64,000 nt of DNA from Camelus dromedarius (taxonomy: Eukaryota), in contig NC_087436.1 in the NCBI RefSeq assembly GCF_036321535.1, positions 59,150,001 to 59,214,000 of the forward strand, in the 5' to 3' direction. Below, one piece after another: positions 1 to 12,344 of the stretch. Within the stretch, counting starts at the first letter, position 1. Every line of letters begins with the position of its first letter. A program made the position numbers and the translations under genes. The notes below the pieces were generated by a model. That model made no database searches. It had not been told where the DNA came from and saw nothing but the letters and a program-made list of their open reading frames with translations.

Positions 1-1369
1 GTTTCCCTTTGTTCATTTCATGGATTCTGACTGTTAGTGCAAGGGAAACAGATCATGCAGTAGGTATGACAATTTCAATTTGCATGGACTATGCCTAATA
101 AGGGCTCAGTTGTTAGCTTTTATGGTTGTGTAAGAAAACTACAGCCCTGATTCTTACTGGTCATTTTAAAATTATTTATTTATTTCTATAGCTGTAATCA
201 ACTCTGCTATTAATTAAACATAAAGGAATTATTTTATTCATCTCAGGTGCACTTAAGTATAAAACATAATAGGCCTTGTTTGTTAAAGGGAAATATTTGC
301 CATCAAACAAGTATGTCTGTTAGAGATTTATTTCTAAGATCAAACTGCCAAAGTTTACAGATATTTCACTTTCTCTTCTAAATCTAGATGACTGAATAGT
401 CAAAATAGTATACAACTGGGCTACCAAGAAAATGACTTTGTTTCTCAATTCATCGTGTAGTCAATGATATGGGTTAATGTATGTAAAGCAAAATTGGACA
501 CACATAAAAAGTGAAAATTTAAAAAATACAAGGAAAGTGAAGTCAAATAATATTCTTAGAATGTTCCATCCTCAAATTTAAAAAACTGCTGATATAACCA
601 TGCTGGTGACTCAAAGAGCATAGCATGTCATGCTTTATGCATCATTTGACCAAATCCGGCCCACGTTACCACCTCACTGTGTTATGTCATAGTACTTCAA
701 CATCAATAGCAAAAACTTAAAGCAAATTTTTTCAAAGATCAGAGCTGTCATTCTCTATTTGGCTAGCAATTACTCAGTCTGAAATCCTTTGTGAACTAAA
801 CGTGTAGAGGGTAAAAGAAATAGCACTTTCCCCCTTAATAGTATGGCAAGATGAGCTTGAATGTATGTAACAGAGAGACGAACACGTCTCTAGGTTACAT
901 GCAAGAAGCTTCATTCTTCAAATAAACACACCACCAAATATAAGACTTTAAAATCCGTCTTGTCTTCTCCTATTAATTTAAAATTCTTTACAATTCCTTC
1001 ATCTATTTTATTCCTCACATCTATTTTCACAGTAACAGCATTAAGCGAACAGAGTGCTATTTGATATTACCTTCTGAAACTTCACTGCATATAAGTGACT
1101 GATAAAGATAAAAGATAAATTGTGGACTATATAAACCGGCAAGATGGTCTCATTTATTATACATACATATAATGAAGTCTCCAAGGCTATTAAACCTAAT
1201 TCAATTAACATGCTTAAACCCTCATTCTAAAAAAACAAAGTGTGTCAAATTCTTTGTTTATAACTAAAAATAAAAAGTAGTAAGAAATACATGACAATTT
1301 TAATATGAGCTATGCACGAGAAACACTAACCATCTTTATCCCACCCAGAGACAGGACAGGGTGAGTTAA
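1..1369 (-). other. CCSER1: CCSER1 3'UTR (may continue beyond the window)
   Basis: Directly downstream of the TAG stop; no interspersed repeats recognised; AU-rich. Confidence 0.75.
133..184 (-). terminator. Candidate polyadenylation site (overlapping AATAAA hexamers plus GU/U-rich downstream element)
   Basis: Minus strand AATAAATAAA at 184-175, followed ~30 nt later by ggctgtagttttctt. Other AATAAA hexamers include 238-233, 1012-1007 and 1158-1153. Confidence 0.35.
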
Positions 1370-1855
1370 CTAGCCATCCTGCTGGCCTAGAGTCTGCAGC
1401 TCAGTTGTATGTAAATTGTGATGGAGAAAAACGTTCTTCCTGCTGTACATGTGTAAAGAGATTGGCCCTCTGGGTGGCTGTCCGAACCTGCCTGTGAAGG
1501 TTGAATGCTGACGGGCCACAGTGGCTGGGTCCTTTGGTTTCTCTGAGAAGGTGGAGAGCCCTTCTGTCTTAGCTGTTGTCTTCAGAGAGCTCTGCCCCAC
1601 AGTGGCCCGTAAGTTCTGGGTGACTTCTGACGTGAGGGTTTCGTAAGTTCCTCTAGAGTGTTTGATGACTTCCACTAGTTCCTTGTCCTTCAAAAAATTA
1701 CTTAAACATAGACTTGAGAGTTGATAGGTTTTGCTTTTGTAGGGGCTTGTCTGGTCTGCTGCTGAGTATCTAAAACGGTCCTCGGTGGGAGTATGCACTG
1801 CTTTTCTGTCCCTTGTGCTGAGACTTTGGCTCACAATTCGATTTCGATATGTAGC
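1370..1855 (-). CDS. CCSER1: Terminal coding exon of coiled-coil serine-rich protein 1 (FAM190A), C-terminal 161 aa
   Basis: Translation ATYRNRIVSQSLSTRDRKAVHTPTEDRFRYSAADQTSPY...GRFGQPPRGPISLHMYSRKNVFLHHNLHTTELQTLGQQDG* matches my recollection of the mammalian CCSER1 C-terminus. The minus-strand acceptor cttttcctttctatgtctttaccatAG|GCT precedes 1855; the exon is 486 nt to the TAG stop (phase 0). The ORF-track start at 1834 is an internal GTG. Confidence 0.93.
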   Translation of the reverse strand, partial: ATYRNRIVSQSLSTRDRKAVHTPTEDRFRYSAADQTSPYKSKTYQLSSLCLSNFLKDKELVEVIKHSRGTYETLTSEVTQNLRATVGQSSLKTTAKTEGLSTFSEKPKDPATVARQHSTFTGRFGQPPRGPISLHMYSRKNVFLHHNLHTTELQTLGQQDG

Positions 1856-1885
1856 CTATGGTAAAGACATAGAAAGGAAAAGATG
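1856..1885 (-). promoter_or_regulatory. 3' splice acceptor with polypyrimidine tract for the last CCSER1 exon
   Basis: Minus strand catcttttcctttctatgtctttaccatag, AG at 1857-1856, in frame with the coding exon. Confidence 0.9.
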
Positions 1886-2079
1886 TCTTTAAAAAAAACT
1901 ACATTCATACCACACCTCGAATACAGAGTGGTGTTTTCACATTTGTGTTCAAAACCCTAAGTTTTCAATAAGGCTTAAAAAACAATCAGAAGACTTCTCC
2001 ATGAGATTAAATTTCCTAGTATAATACTACTACAAATAGTGGTTAAATGGGTAATTGACTCTAAAAGGCACTTATTAAA

Positions 2080-2570
2080 ATACATTTTTAAGAGCAGTTT
2101 CAAGTTGGCAACAAAATTGAGAGGAAGGTACCAAGATTTCTCATATACCCTCTGCCCCTGCACATTCATAACTTCCATTATTATCAACATTACTCAACAG
2201 AATGGTGGTACTTTTTATGAGGGATGAACCTACAATGACACATCATAATCACCCAAAGTCCATAGTATACCTTAGGGTTCACTCTTGGAGTTCTACATTC
2301 TATGGGTTTCAATAAATTTATAATGACATTGATTCATTATTATAATACCATACAGAGTCTGTTCAGTGCCCTAAAATTCCCTGTCCTTAGCTCTCTCCTC
2401 CTCCTCCAACTCTTAGCAACCACTATCTGCATAGTTTTGCCTTTTCAGAATGTCATATAATTGGACTCATACAGTACACAGTCTTCCAGACTGGCTTACT
2501 TCACTTAGTAACATGCATTTCAGGTTCCTTGATGGCTTTTCATGGCTTGACAACTCATTTTGTTTCAAAG
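2080..2570 (-). mobile_element. L1MC-type LINE-1 3'UTR fragment
   Basis: gatgaacctacaatgacacatcataatcacccaaagtcc...agggttcactcttgg is the reverse complement of the L1MC-like 3' end seen at ~43690-43770. Confidence 0.8.
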
Positions 2571-3639
2571 TTGAACTAAAAGGCATTTGAAATTTATTTA
2601 TTTAATTTTCTAAATTTGAATTCTATGGTTTTCTTGGAGAATACATATTATTTTAATAAGTAATAAACATCCACATATGAAGCTATAATTTTTGTTGGAT
2701 TTAACATGCTATATTTACTTGAGTGTACTCTCAGAGAGTTTTAGAATTATCAATATTATGATTCGTATCAGCAAAGTGGTAACCTAGAAATTTAAGGAAC
2801 TAAAAAAAAAAAAAAGTAATTCCAATGACCTACAGTGAATAATAGAGCACTTAGAAGAAATCTCAGCACATGTTTCATTTAGGCTTTTGGATGCACTTTA
2901 TTAATCAAAATAAGGTCCATGAATATTTGCCACTTTATTTCTCACAAGAAGTTTGTACTCTAATGATGGGAACAAGACATAGCTTATTGAATCATGTCAT
3001 GGAGGAAGCAAAGATTACAGGTTGGTGCCAGAATTTCTCTTGAAGAGGGCACTGCCTTGGTTTAGAAAAGTACATTGATATGGAAACTGACTAGCTGGTT
3101 TATTGCTCTGGTGGCAAAAAAAAAAAAAAAATGTGAAAGATTTATTGTTGTCACAAAGGAGGAGGAGAAAAGGGAAGAGAAGGAGATGAGAGAAGAGAAT
3201 AGCACATGTGGCAGTAGGCTAGTACAAAATGTGCTGAAGAAGCCAGTGGAAATTTCTGCGTACCATCTAAATGGCATAATTTCTAATACCCATCTTTTCA
3301 TTGTTCCTTAGAAAACCATTTCTCCAAACATGATCTCTACCACAAGCCCCAATTTGTTTATCCAGCCATTGTCAGTTTGATTAATTAACATGGGTAATCT
3401 AACATAAAACCAAACAAACATGATTTTGACCCTGAAACCTATTCTTGCCCAAATAATCCCCTTTTCTCTTTTTCCTCATACACCTTTAAATGAAGTCCTT
3501 GCTGATGTACTGCAAAAATTCAACTTTAAGTTGTCCACTTCTCCTATATCCAATCTAACCTCCTGATCCACTTCTCTGGCATGTATTAAGCATTTAATAA
3601 ATATTTGCTGAATAAAGTTTTTCTGATTGAGATAATATA

Positions 3640-3800
3640 TAGTATTTATTATGTATCATATGGCAAGCATTCTTCTGATCTCTTACATATTTAACCCCCA
3701 CAAAAGTCTTTCAGGGTATCTTCTATTATTCCTGTTAAATAGGCTGGAAAGCTGAAGCACAGAGACTTTGTGATGCAGGATAGTCTACTTGATTAACCAC
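3640..3800 (-). mobile_element. MIR SINE relic (preceded by an L2 3'-end remnant at ~3585-3615)
   Basis: tattattcctgtt...gaaagctgaagcacagaga resembles the MIR core. Confidence 0.5.
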
Positions 3801-5009
3801 GAATTCATTTAGCCTCCCAGTATTTCCATGGGAATATTTCAAAAATGTATCACATTTTTCTAAAGTAAAGTAAGTACATGTAGAACCACACTGTAACTTA
3901 AATTGATACTTTAAGATTATTATTCCTGAGATGCAGCTCTCCAATTTTCTGTAAAACTTAAGTCTATTAGGGAATATCTTCAGGGTGTCCTTATACTCAG
4001 TGATTTCAAATTGAGGTATTTTGTTAACCATATCTTTTCTTTTTTTGTTGTTGTTTAATTGTCTTGATGTTTGCAGTAAATTGCCATTCTAGTTTTTTAA
4101 TTTGTGCTTTCTTATACCAGACCCTTTCTATTATTTCTAATCTACCATTTTAACCCTTCCATAGATTTGGAGTAAAGATAGCCAGGCTGGTTACCTGATT
4201 GTATAAAGGAAGCACTGTATGAATTACAGATGTTTCAGGGATTTCTTTGGGGGTGGGTGAAAAAAACAAAAACAAAACTATTCTGATTCAATTATCATTA
4301 TTCAGGAACTTTTCTGATTAACTTCTTCTTGGCTCTTTTCCAGTAATCTGGGTATTTAGACCTACTTAGCAATGTGAGATTTTATTTTCTCTTCATCTTT
4401 GTGACTTTAATTCTGTAAGATGCTTATTTAACTGTTGAATCAGTTACTGACAGATCCTCAAATCACACTGTGCTTAATATTTGTATCCAAATGTTAGAAA
4501 TATAATGGATGCGAAATATTCTGAGAAAATGTTTCAGGACAAAAGAGACCTTGGTTAATTCATCATGATAATTAACATTTCTATTCTGTTTCTATACATG
4601 CTGCCTAGGAACGTTGAGGGGATGGGTTGAGACTTCATTTCCATTACTTTAACATTACATTTGAGGAAATGTTTGTTATATTATGTGATCATTTTAACCT
4701 TCCTGGGATATTAAGTTGAATATACATTTTTAATAAGGACATACTGATAGGGATCAGATAACTCAGTCCCATAGGCAACATCAGTCCTCCCTCTCTGGTA
4801 TAACATCTGATACTACAAGGGGCCTGTGCATCTACCACAAAAAGAATCACAATGAAGGATCTAACCTTCACTATTTAAAGAAAGACATATTTATTCATAT
4901 TTAAATTATCCACTCTTATTTGTTTAGCATAGCTTGCTTTTGACATCTTAGATGGTTTTTTTTTTTTTTTTTTTTAGTTCTTTGTGATGTTCACCATTAA
5001 GCCCAGGGC

Positions 5010-5350
5010 TAATGCCATGGATTTGGAGTCAGACATATAAGGATTCATTTATTAATTTGATAAATATTCATTGGGTTTTATTGAGACCATGGTACTGTAT
5101 TACATGATGGGAGACAATGCTGTTCATAAGAGAACTGACTTGAAGAAGCTTCAGGTCTAATGTGAGAATCAACCAGAATCAGACAATTTCTAGCAAGTGA
5201 CCATGGCAAGTCACTTACCCTTCCTAAATCTCCAATTTCCTCATTTGTGAAATGAAGATTTGCATTCACATCTATATCTACATACAGGATTATTGTTAAC
5301 ATTCAATGAATTACTGTGTATGAAATATCTAATATTATACCTGAAGACTA
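5010..5350 (+). mobile_element. MIR apparently interrupted by a minus-strand L2 3'-end fragment (~5042-5170)
   Basis: tttggagtcagac...gtgaccatggcaagtcacttaccc...tttcctcatttgtgaaatg is a MIR core; attcatttattaatttgataaatattcattg resembles an L2 tail. Confidence 0.55.
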
Positions 5351-5544
5351 GTTACCTTAGATGATAGCAACAATAATAATTACAGTAACAAAAGAAAGTG
5401 ACCAATAAAGCTAGAAATTACTTTGATAGATGCTCATTTCATCCTTTAGAAGTCAAACCACTTTGTGTACTTCAGTCTTCATTTTAAAAAGCAAAGTAAT
5501 TTACTCCAGAATATTTGAGTAATTTTACATTTATTATCATAATT

Positions 5545-5951
5545 TGGTTCCCCAGAATAGACTCAGAGACAAATATTTAAATAATTTGAGAAGTAACAAA
5601 AACTTTTTTGGAGAGTATTCTCAAGCCAATGCCTGGGGGAGGATAAAGAAAGCAAGATGGTCTAGCAGAGGGAGAGGTTAAATTCTGTGAGATTAAACTA
5701 TCTCAGATGATCACACAGGGATATCTGAAGCTGGGATGATTCTTCAGAGTTGTCCCCAATTTAGGCAAGTAATTGGGAGCCTTATATTTTTGGAATAGCA
5801 AGTGATTGGACATTGGCGGTCTATAACCACCTGCCAACTTTTTCACCAATTGTAAAAATGAAGACTTCAGTTGTGAAAATGTGTGTGTATGTCTGTGTGT
5901 GTTTGGGGCAGAGGGAAAGAGAACTCGGGAGCACACAATAGCTCCCACTAC
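5545..5951 (-). mobile_element. ERVL-type solo LTR (LTR16-like)
   Basis: gttccccagaatagactcagagacaaa...gagttgtcccca...cacaatagctcccactaca termini resemble LTR16-class elements. Confidence 0.5.
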
Positions 5952-6626
5952 ACCCATTATCCTATTTTTGTATTTAATGTTATGGGACAGTTTGGCACAA
6001 TGAGAAGAACATTGAACGTTGGGCCAAAGACTTTAATCTTGACTGTATTGCTATCAAACTGTGTTATCTCTGATGACTAACTTTTCTGGGCTTTGTTTCT
6101 GGGCTTACTGAAAGAGATGACAAAACAGAAGATAAAAATTAAATCTTAAAGAAACTAATATTTACTCAGTCCTCTTCCAGTTCTAAAAGTCTGCATTTAA
6201 ATATAGTTTTTTCCATGTAGACGAACACAGGAATGATCCCCTTGATTCAAAACATAAAAGTATATTTTGGCATATTTATACATGTGCATTTGGTGGCCAC
6301 GGCCCAGAGAGAAGTAGTTTTTCATCACGCTGCTAATTGATGTTAATTCCTTCTGAAGCTCTTAGGATCACATCCTCAAAGGGAACTTTCAGATACATGA
6401 CTAGCCACATCTTTCTTAAAACTGGAATTAAATTCCCACAAACTAATATAATTATGTTAGTTTTTAGACAGTTTAGTTGTCAAACAGCTATTTTATTGCC
6501 TATCCTTAGAGTAACTTGAAGAGGATAGATGGATGGCAAATTTAGTGATTAATAAGTCAAATGTGAAGATTCTCTTTTTCCCTGTAATTTTTTTCCCCTC
6601 TCATTACTTTGATAGAGTATATAGTC

Positions 6627-7290
6627 TGCATTTCATTGAATCCAAGATGACTGATTTTACAATACATTATTGTTTTATGTACCACTAAGAAAGAAAAACA
6701 AAACTTATGATGCTAATTAAAAATAAACAAAATGCACATTTGTTTTTCCTTGTTTATGGTGTACTCATTCATCAGTCACTAGCCTCTCATTCCAATTTCT
6801 TCTGTTTTCAGTTTCCTTTCTTAGGTTTGATAGACAGTCATTTTGCATTTGTTTCAGTGATACAACTTCAATTATATGTGAGTATATTTCTTACTTAGAT
6901 GTCATAAAGCATTTGGTTTTTACTTTAGAAAAAAGTATGAAATTGAAGGCAATGCAATTACAAAAATTTTTTTCACTAATAATTGAAGTTAATACCCTCT
7001 TTCTTTCCTTGGCTTTTCATATACAAAATAACTTTGCTATAATACAAAATTATAGTAAAACCTTTTTGAAAATATTATTGGTAACTCAGCACACGTAGTA
7101 CCAACACTGCATATAACTCAATTGAAGAAAGGACAATATGAAGCTATGATAAAATCCACACACTTAAAGCAATGTAAACGCCACTGCAACTGCAACCTGG
7201 TTGAGAGTAGTGACTATAAGATTTATCCTGATTTTAGGGGTTTTATTACATTTAAAAATTATCTCATAACTGATGCAAAATAGAAATACA
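6627..7290. mobile_element. Degenerate TcMar-Tc2 (Kanga/MER104-like) DNA transposon fossil
   Basis: Left end catttcattgaatccaagatg...ttttatgtaccactaagaaagaaaa and right end taagatttatcctgatttt...gatgcaaaatagaaataca. Confidence 0.4.
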
Positions 7291-8948
7291 ATAATCATGC
7301 CAGTGTGCACAGCCCAGTTTTCATTAAGGCAGGATGATATGATGATAGAATTTATAAGGAGGAGAGCAATGTTTGAATCATTGATGAATGAATCTCATAA
7401 TTTACTTTTGAAGACTTTTTTGTATGTGAACTATATTGGTAATTGCTAAAAATATCAGGCAACAACTTTGTAGTTTCTCACATAGATTAAAACTTGATTA
7501 TTTTATTTGATTTTAAAACATATTTTTCCACAAATGCTTTTCACTTAACCAAAAATAGTATTGTTTTACAACTAGAATTGTTCCTAAAGGAATAGAAATA
7601 CTTGAAACAATTCCCAATAGCTAACTAGAAAAAAAGGCATTATGTTAGAAGAACAGCTAATGTTAAATAGTATTTTACCAAATCAAAAAGATTACTGAAA
7701 ATATTAACATAATTTGAGTTCAAATAAGAGATATACATAAAATTATGTTAAAGTAAGCCAGCATTATCACTAGTCAGAGTTCTTGTAGCAGGAGAAGCTA
7801 AGTAGTAACTTGGGTAATCACAACGAGAAACATGCCTCCTGAATAAGTTTATGGCTTCCCACTAATGAGCCTCTAGATCTAGTAAGCAACATACGCAATG
7901 CAGAATACTGTATGTTTTATGTTCAACAGTAGACACTGACCTTTACCCATTCCTGTACCCAAGCCAACTAAAATAAAATTTCATAAGGGTAGGGGGCATT
8001 GCCTGCCTTGCTTAATGCTGAGTCCACTGCTCCTAATCGTGCCTAGCACTTACCAGTAACTCCTTAATATTTATACAGTCCAAAGAAGAATCGACTACTG
8101 TATTTTTTCCCTTACTGATACAGCTTATCTAATATGGAATGTTCTGTCTCTTGATATTTTTCTCTCACTGATGAGTTGATTACTTTGATCTATTTAAATT
8201 GATATACCTAAAGCATTAGATATAAAAGCAACAGAAAAAAATCTCCTTTGGTACATTTTGTCAAGACTGTAGAAAATGAGTTTAAAGAGTTATTGTAGAG
8301 CAGTACTTCTTAATCTCTTTTGTCCCCATTTGTCAACATGACATATAAAGACATATTTCTTTGGCCAAAACCAGGGTTATGAAAATACTCCTATTAAAAT
8401 ATCCTTAACTCTTTTTTTCTTCCATTTATGCTAACATTCGGGATCCATAATCTTCTCTAATTTATAAAAATAATAAATTGTGGTGCTGTAGTAGTAGTAG
8501 AAGCCCTATACTACTTAAAATATAGACTCAACACACGAGACCCATTTGACACTGGCTTTGTAACCTGAATATTAATTGAATAGGTCACTTCATTAGTGCA
8601 GAAAATAAATGATGATGGCAGGAGCTGAGGTAGTACAATCAATGACAGAACAAACTATATTAATTTAATTATTAAAATAAATTCATTAATCTAAAGGCAG
8701 GATAATAGAAACTTTTAATACTGTGATATCAAGAAGTCATCTGTGTACTGTAAAATATAATTACATATATGAAAAGCACTTTGAATAAAGGCATGTACAA
8801 ATATAACTTGCTAATAAGTAAAATATTAAAATCTGTAAGTCTTAAATGTAATAATTTCCATTTTCTTTACTGTATAATTATTTGTATAAATAATTGCATT
8901 AAACTGCTTTGTTGTTTAATGACAATATAACATAGATTGTATCACTTT

Positions 8949-11054
8949 TAAGTATAGTTGATTTATAATGTTGTGTTAGTTTCTGTTGTACAGCATAGTG
9001 ATTCAGTTATACATATATATATATATTCTTTTTCACAATCTTTATCATTATAGGTTATTATAAGATATTGAATATAGATCCCTGTGCTAAACAGTAGGAC
9101 CTTGTCATTTATCTATTTTATATATAGTAGTATCTGCAAATCCCAAATTCCTAACTTTTCTGCCCCCTTCCATTCTCCACTGATAACCGTAAGTTTGTTT
9201 TCTATGTCTGTGAGTCTGTTTTGTAAATAAGTTCATTTGTATCATTCTTTTTTAGATTTTATATGTTAGTGATATCATGTATTTGTCATTTACTTTCTGA
9301 CTTCACTTAGTATGATAATCTTTAGGTCCATCCGTGATGCTGTAAATGGCATTATTTAATTCTTTTTTATAGCTGAATCATCTTCCATCGTATGCATACA
9401 TCACATCTTCCTTATCCAATCATGTGTTGATGGGCATTTATGTTGATTCCACGTCTTGGCTCTTGTAAATAGTGCTGTTATGAACATTGGGGTGCATGTA
9501 TCTTTTCAAATTGAAGTTTTCTCTGGATATTTGCCTAGGAGTGGGATTGCTAGATGATAGGGTAAGTCTATCTTTAGTTTTTTGAGGAATCCACATACTG
9601 TTCTCCATAATGGCTGCACCAAACTACATTCCTACCAACATGTATGAGGATTCCTTTTTCGCCACACCCTCTCCAGTGTTTGTCATTTGTGAATTTTTTA
9701 ATAATGGCCATTCTGACCAGTGTGAAGTGATACCTCATAGTAGTTTTGATTTGCATTTCTCTGGTAATTAGCGATACTGAGCATTTTTTCATGTGCCTCT
9801 TGACCATCTGTATGTCTTCATCGGTGAAATGTCTGTTTAGGCCTTCTGCCTGGTTTTTGATTGGGTTGTTTGTTTTTTTGTTATTGAGTTGTATGAGCCA
9901 TATATATATATGTATTTTCTGGAAATTAGGCCCTTATCAGTTGCATCATTTGCAAATATTTTCTCTCATTCTGTAGGCTGTCTTTAGGTTTTGTTTATGG
10001 TGTTGATTGCTGTGCAAAAGCTTATAAATTTAATTAGGTCCCACTTGTTTATTTTTCTTTTTATTTCCATTGCGTTGATAGACAAACGTGGGAGAATATT
10101 GCTAGGATTTATGTCACAGAATGTTTTGCCTATATTTTCTTCTAGGAGATTTATGGTGTTCTGTCTTATGTTTATGTCTTCAAGCCATTTTTTTGAGTTT
10201 ATTTTCATATATGGTGTGAGGGAATGTTCTAACATCACTGATTTACATGCAGTCATCCAGCTTTCCCAACACCACTTGCCGAAGGGACTGTCTTTTCTCC
10301 ATTGTATATTCTTGCCTCCTTTGTAAAGGACTAACTGATCATACGTGTATAGGTTTATTTCTGGGCTCTCTATTCTGTTCCATTGACCCATATACGTCTG
10401 TGTTTGTGCCAAGATTACACTGTTTTGATTATAACTTTGTAGTATTATCTGAAGTCTGAGAGGGTTATGACTCCAGCTTTGTTCTTTCTCTTGGTATGGC
10501 TTTGACAGTTTTGGGTCTTTTGTGATTCCATACAAATTTTAGGGTCATTTGTTCTAGTTCTGTGAAAAATGTCCTGGGTAGTTTGATAGGGATTGCATGA
10601 AATCTGTAGATTACTTTCGGTAGTATGACCATTTCAACAATATTAATTTTTCCAATCCAAGAGCATGTGATATTGTTCCATTTCTTTAAATAATCTTCAA
10701 TTTCCTTTTTTTAAAAATAGTTCTTTCATTTCCTTGGTCAGGTTTATTCCAAAGTATTTTATTTTTTGATGCAATTTTAAAAGGATTTGTTTTTCTACTT
10801 TCCTAATATTTCATTGTTAGTGTAAAGTAATGCAACAGATTTCTGTATATTAATCTTGTATCACACTGCCTTGATTAATTCATTTATCAGCTCTAGTAGT
10901 TTTTTTTAATGGAGTCTTTAGGGTTTTATATATATATATAGTATCATATCATCTGCATATAGTGACAATTTTACCACTTCCCTTCCAATTTGGATCCCTT
11001 TTATTTCTTTTTCTTGTCTGATGGCTAGGACTTCCAGTACTGTGTTGAATAGAA
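8949..11054 (-). mobile_element. 5'-truncated cetartiodactyl-type LINE-1 (ORF2 3' part plus 3'UTR) with 17-bp TSD
   Basis: Frameshifted ORF2 fragments ([11 protein letters not shown]...[19 protein letters not shown]). Perfect direct repeat atagattgtatcacttt at 8932-8948 and 11055-11071. Confidence 0.95.
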
Positions 11055-11929
11055 ATAGATTGTATCACTTTATAAGTTTTGCCTATAAATCTTTTCTTAT
11101 CCTCAATGTGAGCAAATTTTCTTCTAAAATACAAACCAGAATACTTTTTAAACATCTTTAATGGAGTATATTGAGTTTTCCTATTGTGTCTTCAACCTAA
11201 CCTTGATCTTAACTATTATTTTCTTTCTATCCAGTTAGCCCTGGAGACCAACATAAGGGTCACTTTAATACTCTTTTTTTAATAATCTTTATAAATCCTC
11301 TTAAATACAGGCCAAGTTAGAATTATGACACATTTTAGAGAAGAATGAAAAGGAATTATTCTGTACATAGTCCTCTTCCTGTTGAAGCACACACTTTAAA
11401 GGAAACTCTATTGTCCTACTTTCATAGGATGGGTTCTATACTGTTCCAAACAAATGCTATACTATCTATGGAATCTACTACTGAAGGAGATATCAAGATC
11501 TTTTTTTTTGTAAAACTCCATCAAATTAGTTTCTATTTTAGTTTTAATGAAGTCCACAGTTGACTTAACCCTGAGCCTATCAGAGAATTGAGTTGTATCA
11601 AGTGATTTAAAGTTATGCCAAGGAAAAAACAACAGTAGGATTTATAGTCTTTAGAAAGCTTTATTTACCTTTATTAAATTCCAAGCAAGCCTTGAATCTT
11701 GTGCAAAATACTACAGAATTAATTACAACAACAACAAAAATGGAATAAGATGATGATGAGTGCTTTCAAGACCTTGTTGTCTATCTGATGCCTGATGGTG
11801 AAAACATCTAGGGTGGGAAAGAAGTCTTGAATATACTAAGCTCAAGAGAGTGTATGTTGTATAATTTTAGGGAAAAAATGACTAGGAAGCAGATAAATCA
11901 CTTTATCAAGATTTTATTTATATTAGTAG

Positions 11930-12130
11930 CAAAGATTTAGTGACTACTTACAATGTGCCAAGATATTTCTCTGTATTATTATGTTCAATCCTTATTAGAA
12001 GATTTTATCATAGCAAATTTAATGATGAAGAGACTGAAACTCTTACATTTAAGTGATTACCAGGATCCCAGGGCTTAGTGAATAGCATAATGTGGATTGG
12101 AGCTCAAATATTTAGATTTCAGAACTCAAG
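11930..12130 (-). mobile_element. MIR relic
   Basis: tacttacaatgtgccaag...gatgaagagactgaaactc...taagtgattacc pattern. Confidence 0.55.
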
Positions 12131-12138
12131 CTCTAAGG

Positions 12139-12344
12139 CAGGGGTTTTCTCAACCTCAGAACTATTTACATTTGGGACTATTTATATTTAGATTTAGTTT
12201 TGTTTTAGGGGACTGCCCAGTGAATTGCAGGATTTTTACCAGTATTCTTTGCTTCTCCCTATAAATGCCAGTAGTACCTGCACCCAGTTATCACAACCAA
12301 AATGTCTCCTGGAGGGCAAAGTCGCCCCCAGTTGAGAATTACTG
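12139..12344 (-). mobile_element. MER20 (hAT-Charlie non-autonomous element)
   Basis: TIR-like ends caggggttttctcaac / gttgagaattactg; internal atgccagtagtacc...cacaaccaaaatgtctcc. Confidence 0.85.

Noticed and set aside
823..829. GCACTTT (miR-17 family seed match)
   Set aside because: It is on the + strand, antisense to the CCSER1 mRNA.
1834..1834. ORF-track start codon for the 154-aa ORF
   Set aside because: It is an internal GTG; the frame is entered by splicing at 1855.
5214..5250. GG|GTAAGT donor in a MIR on the gene strand
   Set aside because: The usual MIR acceptor upstream is mutated (ttcacaaatgagg), so no exon is defined.
9984..10535. 183-aa ORF and other L1-derived ORFs (34838, 35791, 36491, 42388, 61816)
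   Set aside because: Frameshifted L1 ORF2 fragments, not genes.
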